Translations under genes and position numbers: made by a program
The notes under the pieces: generated by a model
What the model was told of the DNA's origin: nothing
The model's input: only the letters and a program-made list of their open reading frames with translations
Database searches by the model: none
Shown here: positions 8,539 through 16,499 of the stretch, in pieces
How positions within the stretch are numbered: the stretch's first letter is position 1
Layout of the letters: each line of letters begins with the position of its first letter
NCBI RefSeq assembly: GCF_047652685.1
Contig: NZ_CP157399.1
Span: 1,174,916-1,198,915 of the forward strand
Length of the DNA stretch: 24,000 nt
Direction: 5' to 3'
DNA from: Dehalobacter sp. CP
GTDB lineage: Bacteria; Bacillota; Desulfitobacteriia; Desulfitobacteriales; Syntrophobotulaceae

Positions 8539-8791
8539 CAGTGAAACGAAGGCGGCTGCCAACGGCTTGGCATCAGCCAAATTTTCTAAATGAAAGCAGG
8601 TGAGAAAACTGGACGGTGACGGTTCCTACGGAGGAATAGAAATCTACAATAGTATAAAGCAGGAAAAAGTCTTAGTTTTCTTACGATTACAATTTTTTGA
8701 AGACTGAAAGATCATCGTTTTGTCATCAAGTAGATAGCTTTTTTCATTCGGATTCTGAGACTTTCTTCCTGCGGAAAACGGGGGGGAAGCT

Positions 8792-9745
8792 GTGCTCAGA
8801 ATCTATAAAAATGATGGAATTAATTACCAAGAACATGACCTGAAAAGCCTGACGCGAAATGCCTGGGTCAACCTTGTTAATCCTGCGCCAGATGAACTTG
8901 TTCTGATTGCGGAAAAAACCAATTGCCCGCTTGATTTTCTTAAAGCGGCGCTTGATGAAGAAGAACGTCCACGTATTGAAATTGAGGATGATTCTGCGCT
9001 TATTCTTATTAATATACCGGTCATGTTAAGTGAGACGAGTTATGATACGTTGCCTTTGGGTATCGTTATAACGCCCGAAAACATTATCACGGTATGTCTC
9101 GAAAATAACCCCGTTGTTCTCGAATTTAATGAGTATAACCGGCGGTCTTTCAATACGGCCAAGCGAACAAGGTTTTTGTTCCAGATCCTCTATAAGTCCG
9201 CGACGTATTATTTAAGATATCTACGCCAAATCAGCAGGTTAAGTGAACAAATTGAAGTGGATCTGCGCAGAACCATGAAAAACAAACAACTATTCGAACT
9301 GATGGATCTCCAGCAGGGTTTAACGTACTTTACTTCCTCGCTTCGTTCCAATGGCATTGTTATGGATCGGCTGCTGCGTATCCGCTCGAATAATCAGTGC
9401 CGGCATCTCATTCAGATTCATGAAGAAGATGAAGATTTGCTGGAAGATGTCATCATTGAAAATAATCAGGCTGTTCAGATGGTTGAGATGTACAGCAGGA
9501 TCCTTACGAATCTGACAGATACGTTTGCATCCATTATTTCGAATAACTTGAATATGGTCATGAAATTCTTAACGTCGATGACGATTATTTTAGCGATTCC
9601 GACGATGATCGCAAGTTTCTGGGGGATGAATGTCAATGTCCCTTTCCGCGATTCAAATCCATATGGGTTTGTCTTCGTCGTGGCGATTGCTGCGCTGGTT
9701 ACGGGAACTGCAGTATATATCCTGATTCGAAGGAAGATACTATAA
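8792..9745 (+). CDS. CorA family divalent cation transporter
   Basis: 317-aa ORF ending in two TM helices with the signature YGF/GMN context (ASFWGMNVNVPF...); GTG start after a G-rich Shine-Dalgarno-like tract. Confidence 0.88.
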   Translation: MLRIYKNDGINYQEHDLKSLTRNAWVNLVNPAPDELVLIAEKTNCPLDFLKAALDEEERPRIEIEDDSALILINIPVMLSETSYDTLPLGIVITPENIITVCLENNPVVLEFNEYNRRSFNTAKRTRFLFQILYKSATYYLRYLRQISRLSEQIEVDLRRTMKNKQLFELMDLQQGLTYFTSSLRSNGIVMDRLLRIRSNNQCRHLIQIHEEDEDLLEDVIIENNQAVQMVEMYSRILTNLTDTFASIISNNLNMVMKFLTSMTIILAIPTMIASFWGMNVNVPFRDSNPYGFVFVVAIAALVTGTAVYILIRRKIL

Positions 9746-9790
9746 GAAAAGATGTTCAGTCTAAGAAAAAAGATATTCAGTCTAAGATGG
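9743..9790 (+). repeat. Short imperfect tandem repeat just after the corA stop
   Basis: TAAGAAAAGATGTTCAGTC / TAAGAAAAAAGATATTCAGTC / TAAGATGG. Confidence 0.7.
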
Positions 9791-9811
9791 CGCTTCATTT
9801 GAGGCGCTTTT
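9790..9811 (+). terminator. Likely terminator of corA
   Basis: GCGCTT catttg AGGCGC (one G-U pair) followed by TTTT. Confidence 0.55.
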
Positions 9812-9837
9812 CCTATTACTTTATATACTCAAAATCA

Positions 9838-9987
9838 ACGCCATGTAGTCTATCCGCGCCCAAGCGGAGCACGATGCGGAGCGCGGCTTTTTGACGGCCA
9901 CGGATGGCCTAATGTCGCGGTGCCATGGATAGGAGCGACGCGCCAAGGAGGGCGCAATAGCCGAAGAGCGGTTAGGGTACATGGCGT
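9838..9987 (-). repeat. MITE-like non-coding repeat, shorter diverged copy (related to 13148-13364, inverted orientation)
   Basis: Imperfect terminal inverted repeats ACGCCATGTAGTCTATCCGC / rc ACGCCATGTACCCTAACCGC. The reverse complement of its core, GTCGCTCCTATCCATGGCACCGCGACATTAGGCCATCCGTGG, matches the core at 13216-13263. Confidence 0.7.
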
Positions 9988-10003
9988 AAACCCAAAATGA
10001 TAA

Positions 10004-10042
10004 GAAAATACCGCTAATAGTTTTGTGAGCTATTAGCAGTAT
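10004..10042 (-). terminator. Terminator of the DUF2148-like gene (minus strand)
   Basis: ATACcGCTAATAG (10008-10020) / CTATTAGCaGTAT (10030-10042), 12 of 13 paired, followed on the minus strand by TTTTC. Confidence 0.65.
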
Positions 10043-10090
10043 ACGAATACAAAAGATTCTTTACAAAAAAGACTAAGTAAGAACAGAACA

Positions 10091-10609
10091 TTAACGGTCA
10101 AAATAGATGTTTTTGCTGCTCGCATTCAGCGGGATTGCGACAGCGATATCCCCCTCAATTAACCCTATTTTTTTCGCAACGGCACCTGCGGAATACATGA
10201 TGCGGTTATCCGCGTTGAGCGTTCCGGCTGTCTTTACGGCAGACCCGAGTGCAATACCCAGGTCAATCAGGCGCCAGGGACAAAGCGGACCGTTAAATTC
10301 CGGCCCTTGCGCGACAGCTTCGAGCATCGTGCAGTTTGGATGGCCGCAGGCGCCGCAGTTTAAGCCGGCATGTTTGGCATCCTTCAGAGAAAGTAAAACC
10401 AGCGCCTGAGAATTACGTATATTGGCAGCATCACGGTTGAAAAACTTCTTCCCGTTTTCCTCGCTGCACTTCGACATTTCATCGGCCAGATAAGTCATTA
10501 CAGCTGGTTCTGTAATGACCTTTACATTTATGTAATCCTGTCCTTTTGCTTTCGGTGCGGTGACTGCGGACAAAGCCATAAGCTCAGCTACGGTTTTCAT
10601 AATTTCCAT
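10091..10609 (-). CDS. DUF2148-like ferredoxin-domain protein
   Basis: C-terminal cysteine motif CGACGHPNC...GPLCPWRLIDLGIALGSAVKTA in a protein of about 170 aa, typical of the DUF2148 family. Confidence 0.75.
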   Translation of the reverse strand: MEIMKTVAELMALSAVTAPKAKGQDYINVKVITEPAVMTYLADEMSKCSEENGKKFFNRDAANIRNSQALVLLSLKDAKHAGLNCGACGHPNCTMLEAVAQGPEFNGPLCPWRLIDLGIALGSAVKTAGTLNADNRIMYSAGAVAKKIGLIEGDIAVAIPLNASSKNIYFDR

Positions 10610-10788
10610 ATTCCTGTTTCTCCCTTCAAAATTGTGCGCTGTTCTAGTGTTTTTGATATTTTGTAAGTATAATAGTACTATTATTATAACGAATTACCAG
10701 AACTTTGTAAAAATCTGCACGCCATTATATTCATATTTTTAAGATCGACAAGGGTATTTAAAGGGTATTTAAATGAGGTGGAACTGAT

Positions 10789-12036
10789 TTGAACGAAAGA
10801 ATACTGACGGTATCGGAAATCAACCGGGAAATCAATGACGCGCTTAAAAAACATAACCGTCTATGGAATTGCTGGGTGACAGGCGAGATATCCAATTTTA
10901 AAGATCATATTCCGTCAGGTCACTGGTATTTTACGCTAAAAGACAAAGAAGCCGGCATAAAAACCGTGATGTTTAAAACCAGGAATCTGACGGCTGGTTT
11001 TCAGCCTCAAAATGGGATGAAAGTGCTGGTCCGGGGAAGTATCCGTCTTTATGAAAAAGACGGCAGCGTCCAGCTGTATGCGGAAGAAATCTACCCGAGC
11101 GGCCTCGGGGCATTATACCTGGCATTTGAACAGCTAAAGAGCCGCTTGGCTGCCGAAGGACTGTTTGCCGCAGAGCAGAAGAAACCGATCCCAAGATTTC
11201 CTTCGAGGGTGGCCATCGTCACCAGTCCTACCGGAGCGGCACTGAAGGACATCTTGCATATTGCCCGAAGACGCAATCCATTGGTTTCATTAATCATTAT
11301 TCCTTCTGCGGTTCAGGGTGAGGCAGCACCGGCAGAAATCGTCCGAGCCATTCAGCGAGCCAATCATTATGGAGAGATTGACCTGCTGATTATCGGCAGG
11401 GGAGGCGGTTCCCTGGAAGAGTTATGGGCTTTCAACACCGAGGAGGTGGCAAGAGCCATTGCTACTTCCCGTATACCGGTCGTTTCCGCTGTCGGTCATG
11501 AGGTCGATTATACGATTGCAGATTTCGTTGCCGATCTAAGAGCGCCGACGCCGTCAGCTGCTGCAGAATTGGTCATTCCGGTCCTTAATGAATTGCAAGA
11601 CGGTATCCGTTATTATGAAGAAAAGCTCAAACAAAGGATCCAAAACGTTCTGCGAACCAAAAGGCATAAAGTGGAAGAATTGATGTCTAACTCGGCTTTG
11701 GCCCGCCCGGGCTGGCGTGTCGAACAATCCAGACAGAATTTGGATTATCTCTCCACGCGTCTTGTCGAGGGAATGACTGGATTTCTGACAGAAAAAAATG
11801 GTATACTTAGGTTGTTAAGCGCGAAAATTGACTTATTAAGTCCCTTGAATATACTGGGAAGAGGATATTCTTTAGCCTATGATATCGAGGGGAAATTAAT
11901 CAAAACGGTAAGACAGGCCACAGCAGGGGATGCTTTATCCGTGCGGCTCAGTGACGGGACATTAATCTGCGAAGTTACAGATACAGAAGAACTTCAAACG
12001 TCAAGCGATTCAAACGTCAAGAGAGGATTACCATGA
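10789..12036 (+). CDS. xseA: Exodeoxyribonuclease VII large subunit
   Basis: LTVSEINREINDALK...LWNCWVTGEISNFKDHIPSGHWYFTLKD; FPSRVAIVTSPTGAALKDIL; IIGRGGGSLEELWAFN; VVSAVGHEVDYTIADFVADLRAPTPSAAAEL. Confidence 0.97.
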   Translation: MNERILTVSEINREINDALKKHNRLWNCWVTGEISNFKDHIPSGHWYFTLKDKEAGIKTVMFKTRNLTAGFQPQNGMKVLVRGSIRLYEKDGSVQLYAEEIYPSGLGALYLAFEQLKSRLAAEGLFAAEQKKPIPRFPSRVAIVTSPTGAALKDILHIARRRNPLVSLIIIPSAVQGEAAPAEIVRAIQRANHYGEIDLLIIGRGGGSLEELWAFNTEEVARAIATSRIPVVSAVGHEVDYTIADFVADLRAPTPSAAAELVIPVLNELQDGIRYYEEKLKQRIQNVLRTKRHKVEELMSNSALARPGWRVEQSRQNLDYLSTRLVEGMTGFLTEKNGILRLLSAKIDLLSPLNILGRGYSLAYDIEGKLIKTVRQATAGDALSVRLSDGTLICEVTDTEELQTSSDSNVKRGLP

Positions 12037-12269
12037 AAAAGAATAGCGATAAAGAAGCCTTCAGCTTCGAAAAGGGGATCGAAAGGCTGGAACAAATCAT
12101 TAATGATCTGGATCAGAACAATGTGCAGCTCGAGCAAGCCCTGGACTTGTTTGGGGAAGGAATTAAGCTGATCAAACAATGTAACGGCCTTCTGGATTCG
12201 GCCGAAGCAAAGGTCAAAGTCTTGTTAGAAAATAGTAAAGGTGAACTGGTAGTGACCGATCAAGATTAG
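12033..12269 (+). CDS. xseB: Exodeoxyribonuclease VII small subunit
   Basis: FEKGIERLEQIINDLDQNNVQLEQALDLFGEGIKLIKQCNGLLDSAEAKV; overlaps the xseA stop. Confidence 0.94.
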   Translation: MKKNSDKEAFSFEKGIERLEQIINDLDQNNVQLEQALDLFGEGIKLIKQCNGLLDSAEAKVKVLLENSKGELVVTDQD

Positions 12270-12284
12270 GAGTACAGACTGAAA

Positions 12285-13151
12285 ATGTTCAAAGAACGCT
12301 ATAATGACTATTTGAATATGGTTGAACAATATCTCAATTATTTGCCGCTGGATCAGAGTATCCTGGGCAGGAGCATGAATTATTCCCTGGTCGGGGGAGG
12401 CAAAAGGATTCGGCCCGTATTGGCGCTGGCCTGCGCGGAGCTTGTCGGCGGACGGCCTGAAGAGCTTGTCTCAGAAGCTGCCGCGATCGAGCTTATCCAC
12501 ACCTATTCCCTGATTCATGACGATCTTCCAGCCATGGATGATGATGATTATCGCAGAGGTAAGCTGTCGAACCATAAAGTATTCGGAGAAGCCGGAGCCG
12601 TTTTGGCCGGCGATGCCTTGCTTACACTTGCTTTTGAGCTGCTGACCGAGCCTTCGGCAATAGAGCCTCAGAAAAAATTAAGAGTTATCAGAGAGACAGC
12701 CCAGGCTGCCGGCTGGCAGGGCATGGTCGGCGGGCAGAGCCTTGATACACTTGGAAACCTGGAAAACAACACGCTGGCTGATATTGAGCAGGTCCATCAT
12801 TTAAAGACTGGCGCTCTTCTAAAGGCTTCAGCGCGTCTTGGCGCAATTCTAGGCGGAGGATCGGAGCCGGAGATTGAAATTTTGACAAGCTATGCTTTAT
12901 ACTTGGGATTAGCCTTTCAAATTAAAGACGATATTCTTGATGTTGTAGGAGAAAGTGCGGTCATCGGCAAATCCGCCGGTAAGGACCAAAAATCCGGCAA
13001 ACCGACCTATACGTCACTGCTGGGACTTGAGGGGGCCAGGGAGCAACTGGAAAAAACGGTCTTTCTGGCGAAAGAATCCCTGTCTTGTTTTGGCCCGAAA
13101 GCAGCGTTTTTATTATCCCTGGCTGACTACACCGCTGAAAGAACAAACTAG
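12285..13151 (+). CDS. ispA: Polyprenyl synthetase (farnesyl/geranyl diphosphate synthase)
   Basis: GGGKRIRPVL, HTYSLIHDDLPAMDDDDYRRG, GLAFQIKDDILDV (FARM/SARM motifs). The stop codon TAG lies inside the left inverted repeat of the MITE-like element. Confidence 0.95.
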   Translation: MFKERYNDYLNMVEQYLNYLPLDQSILGRSMNYSLVGGGKRIRPVLALACAELVGGRPEELVSEAAAIELIHTYSLIHDDLPAMDDDDYRRGKLSNHKVFGEAGAVLAGDALLTLAFELLTEPSAIEPQKKLRVIRETAQAAGWQGMVGGQSLDTLGNLENNTLADIEQVHHLKTGALLKASARLGAILGGGSEPEIEILTSYALYLGLAFQIKDDILDVVGESAVIGKSAGKDQKSGKPTYTSLLGLEGAREQLEKTVFLAKESLSCFGPKAAFLLSLADYTAERTN

Positions 13152-13364
13152 TACCATGTAACCCCTAAATCTTATATATCCTGGCGGCCGATTTCTTTTC
13201 ATACTGCGTTGTCTTGTCGCTCCTATGCCATCCATGGCATCCGCGACATTTGTCCATCCGTGGACTTCAATCGCCATACACTCGGTATGGCTCAATCCTC
13301 CGCCTTGTCTTAAAAGAAATCTGCTCACCATTATATTACAATTTTAGGGGTTACAAGGTACTAG
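13148..13364. mobile_element. MITE-like non-autonomous element with 22-bp terminal inverted repeats
   Basis: Left CTAGTACCATGTAACCCCTAAA (13148-13169); right TTTAGGGGTTACAAGGTACTAG (13343-13364), whose reverse complement is CTAGTACCTTGTAACCCCTAAA (21/22 identical). Outer CTAG on both sides; no long internal ORF; internal palindromes. Confidence 0.85.
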
Positions 13365-13450
13365 ATAAAAATGACGAATGACGGGAACAATGACAGAAAC
13401 ATCATATGATAGAAAAAATTAATCAGGATGAGAGAGGATGATTCATCGCT

Positions 13451-13909
13451 ATGAACCCAGTCTCTTCGATATTGAACAACAATATCATGTGGGTTTCGCT
13501 TTTTGCCTGGATACTTGCCCAATTCTTAAAGATCCTGATCAATTTTGTGATTGAGAAGGAATGGGACTTTGATCTTCTGACAAGTTCCGGCGGATTTCCA
13601 AGTTCGCATACAGCGATTGTCTGTGCCTTGGCCATCAGCATTGGCAAAACCGACGGCTGGGGATCTTCTCTGTTTGCGATTGCTGTTACGCTGGCTGTTA
13701 TTGTCATGTATGATGCTGCCGGTGTCCGGCGCGCAGCCGGAAATCATGCCAGAATTATCAACTATCTTGTGGAATGGATGCGGCAGCACCCGACAGATTT
13801 TTTGGGTTATAATATTCAAGAGGAAAAGTTTAAGGAACTAATCGGTCATACGCCTTTTGAAGTGTTTGGCGGCGCAATTCTAGGCTGCGCAGTCGGTTTG
13901 ATCTTTTAG
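13451..13909 (+). CDS. Divergent PAP2 family protein (YuiD-like)
   Basis: GGFPSSHTAIVCALAISIG...YDAAGVRRAAGNHARIIN...ELIGHTPFEVFGGAILG. Confidence 0.92.
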   Translation: MNPVSSILNNNIMWVSLFAWILAQFLKILINFVIEKEWDFDLLTSSGGFPSSHTAIVCALAISIGKTDGWGSSLFAIAVTLAVIVMYDAAGVRRAAGNHARIINYLVEWMRQHPTDFLGYNIQEEKFKELIGHTPFEVFGGAILGCAVGLIF

Positions 13910-13985
13910 TGACGCCAGAATGCAGCGCATTCTCGTGTCGCTATTTTGAGAACGGGGTATAGGATTAGAAAGGCAGGATAGACTT

Positions 13986-14564
13986 TTGGTTCGCAAGAAA
14001 CAAAGTGTTCGCTATATTATTACCGTATTTATTGCCACGTTTTTTATTGCTTCACTTCTGGGAAGCGGAACAGAGGCTTTTTTAAGGTTTTTTCCGGTAA
14101 GCCTGACCTGGATATTGCTGATGGTTGTGATTACGATCGGAATCCTGTTTGATATCATCGGTATTGCGGTGACGGCTGCTGATGAAGCGCCTCACCATGC
14201 CCGGGCAGCCAAAAAAATTTTTGGTGCCAAGCAGTCTGTCTATTTAATCAAACACGCCGATAAAGTCGCCAATTTTGCCAATGATATTGTCGGCGATATC
14301 ACGGGAACATTAAGCGGGGCAATGGGCGCGACCATTATTTTAAGCTTAATCGCTAAATTTTCTGTTTTAAGTACCTGGAAGGTACTTTTAAATGTGTTGA
14401 TTTTGGCCTTGATTGCTTCGCTTACTGTGACGGGAAAGGCCTGGGGCAAAACCATTGCGATTAACGAAGCAAATCGGATTGTTGATATGACCGGCAGAGT
14501 GATTGCCAGTGTGGAAAAGGTAACCGGACTGAGCATGACAAAAAACAAACGAGGAGGAAAATAA
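13986..14564 (+). CDS. Membrane protein, DUF21/CNNM-like
   Basis: Several TM segments; SLTWILLMVVITIGILFDIIGIAVTAADEAPHHARAAKKIFGAKQSVYLI. Assignment from motif feel only. TTG start. Confidence 0.5.
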   Translation: MVRKKQSVRYIITVFIATFFIASLLGSGTEAFLRFFPVSLTWILLMVVITIGILFDIIGIAVTAADEAPHHARAAKKIFGAKQSVYLIKHADKVANFANDIVGDITGTLSGAMGATIILSLIAKFSVLSTWKVLLNVLILALIASLTVTGKAWGKTIAINEANRIVDMTGRVIASVEKVTGLSMTKNKRGGK

Positions 14565-14565
14565 T

Positions 14566-16440
14566 TTGCGGCTTCTGGACAAAATTGATTCTCCGACCGA
14601 TCTGAAAAGCTTAAGCGAAAGTGACCTGACCGTTCTGGCTGAAGAACTCCGTCAGGAGATGATAGATATTATTTCAGTGAATGGCGGTCATCTGGCATCA
14701 AACCTCGGCGTTGTGGAACTGACCCTGGCGCTGCATAGAGTATTTGACACTCCAACCGACAAGATTATCTGGGATGTTGGTCATCAGGCCTATGTTCATA
14801 AGATTCTGACCGGAAGGAAGGAAACTTTTAAGACGATCCGGCAATTTCACGGTTTGGCAGGATTTCCGAAGAGAGAGGAAAGCGAATACGACTGTTTTGA
14901 TACCGGACATGCCAGCACTTCCATCTCAGCTGCACTGGGTTTCGCCAAAGCCAGGGACATTAAGAAAGAAAATTATCATGTCATTGCTGTGATTGGTGAT
15001 GGGGCAATGAGCGGCGGGATGGCCTATGAAGCGATGAATCATGCCGGTAACAGCGACAGCAATTTAATTATTGTTTTAAATGACAACGAAATGTTTATCT
15101 CCCAGAATGTCGGCGCAATGTCTTCGTATCTGAACAAGATCAGGACAGATCCATCTTACGACAGAAGGAAGAAAGATGTCCAAAAATTCATAAGAAATAT
15201 CCCGTGTATTGGGTCCTCCATGGCTAAAGCAGCTGGAAGGGCTAAAGACGGCATTAAATATTTCCTGGTACCCGGTCTGTTGTTCGAGGAGCTGGGACTG
15301 ACCTATCTCGGGCCAATTAATGGACATGATATTGCGTCACTGGAAAAGGTTCTCCACCAGGCCAAACAAAAAAAAGGTCCGGTTCTGGTTCACATTAAGA
15401 CCTGTAAAGGCAATGGGTATGAGCCGGCCAAGCAAAGCCCGGATATCTTCCATGGGGTAGGGCCATTTTCCAAAGAAACGGGTGAAATGGTTAAAAAGAA
15501 TGCGCCGCCGACTTATACGGAAGTATTTGGACGGACCATTTGTGAATTGGCGGAAGAGGATAACAGGATCGTTGCAGTTACGGCAGCCATGGGATCGGGG
15601 ACAGGTCTGAACAATTTTGGCCAAAATTACCCCGAAAGATTTTTTGATGTCGGAATTGCCGAACCGCACGCGGTAACTTTTGCTGCGGCACTCGCGCTGG
15701 ATGGACTGAAACCGGTTGTTTCCATGTATTCCACGTTCTATCAGAGAGCGTATGACCAGGTCCTGCATGATGTCTGCCTGCAAAATGCCAAGGTCGTATT
15801 TGCAGTCGACAGGGCCGGCGTCGTCGGTGAGGACGGGAAGACGCATCACGGTATATTCGATATCTCTTTTTTCAGAACGATCCCGAACCTTACCTTGATG
15901 GCGCCGAAAGATGAAAATGAACTTCGACAGATGATTTATACAGCGCTCACCATGGACAACCCGGTAGCTGTCCGGTACCCGAGATCGGCCGGTGTCGGCG
16001 TGGAAATGGACAAAGAATTCAAAGCATTGCCGAAGGGCAAAGCGGAACTGCTGCGCGAGGGCCAGGATATTACGCTGATCGGTTTTGGGCCGGTTGTCAG
16101 TTTTTGTATGGAGGCTGCTAAGCAGTTGGAGTCTGAAGGTATTCAGGCCGGTGTGATTAATTTGCGTTTCATTAATCCGATCGATCGGGAAATGGTGACT
16201 GCCGAGGTCCAAAAAACAGGGAGGCTGGTTACGGTTGAGGACCACATCCTCGCCGGAGGGATGGGCAGCGCGGTACTGGAAGTTCTCGAGGAAGAAGGAA
16301 TTCAAGGCACAGCAGTCGAACGGATAGGATATGATGATTATGTTGAACACGGTGCAATTCCGCTTCTCCATCAAGATTGCGGTATTACGATTGAGCATAT
16401 TGTCAGTGTTTCCAGAGAACTGATGAAAAACAGATGTTAA
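14566..16440 (+). CDS. dxs: 1-deoxy-D-xylulose-5-phosphate synthase
   Basis: HLASNLGVVELTLALHRVFDTPTDKIIWDVGHQAYVHKILTGR; VIGDGAMSGGMAYEAMN; DVGIAEPHAVTFAAALA; GGAGG before TTG start. Confidence 0.97.
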   Translation: MRLLDKIDSPTDLKSLSESDLTVLAEELRQEMIDIISVNGGHLASNLGVVELTLALHRVFDTPTDKIIWDVGHQAYVHKILTGRKETFKTIRQFHGLAGFPKREESEYDCFDTGHASTSISAALGFAKARDIKKENYHVIAVIGDGAMSGGMAYEAMNHAGNSDSNLIIVLNDNEMFISQNVGAMSSYLNKIRTDPSYDRRKKDVQKFIRNIPCIGSSMAKAAGRAKDGIKYFLVPGLLFEELGLTYLGPINGHDIASLEKVLHQAKQKKGPVLVHIKTCKGNGYEPAKQSPDIFHGVGPFSKETGEMVKKNAPPTYTEVFGRTICELAEEDNRIVAVTAAMGSGTGLNNFGQNYPERFFDVGIAEPHAVTFAAALALDGLKPVVSMYSTFYQRAYDQVLHDVCLQNAKVVFAVDRAGVVGEDGKTHHGIFDISFFRTIPNLTLMAPKDENELRQMIYTALTMDNPVAVRYPRSAGVGVEMDKEFKALPKGKAELLREGQDITLIGFGPVVSFCMEAAKQLESEGIQAGVINLRFINPIDREMVTAEVQKTGRLVTVEDHILAGGMGSAVLEVLEEEGIQGTAVERIGYDDYVEHGAIPLLHQDCGITIEHIVSVSRELMKNRC

Positions 16441-16499
16441 TGATTTGTTAATGATTTATTAATGATTTTAAATAGATATAGAACAAGGATGGGCATATC

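Noticed and set aside
8460-8791. M-box (Mg2+) riboswitch upstream of corA
   Set aside because: The expected conserved stretches of the M-box were not found by eye; kept only as an uncharacterised leader.
14398-14440. Truncation of the 192-aa DUF21-like protein (missing CBS/CorC domains) as a frameshift
   Set aside because: The frame continues smoothly to a stop overlapping the dxs ribosome-binding site, with no CBS-like sequence in another frame; it looks like a naturally short protein.
15337-16398. 353-aa ORF on the minus strand antisense to dxs
   Set aside because: Lies entirely within dxs, low-complexity translation without recognisable domains, no plausible start region; a shadow ORF from codon bias.
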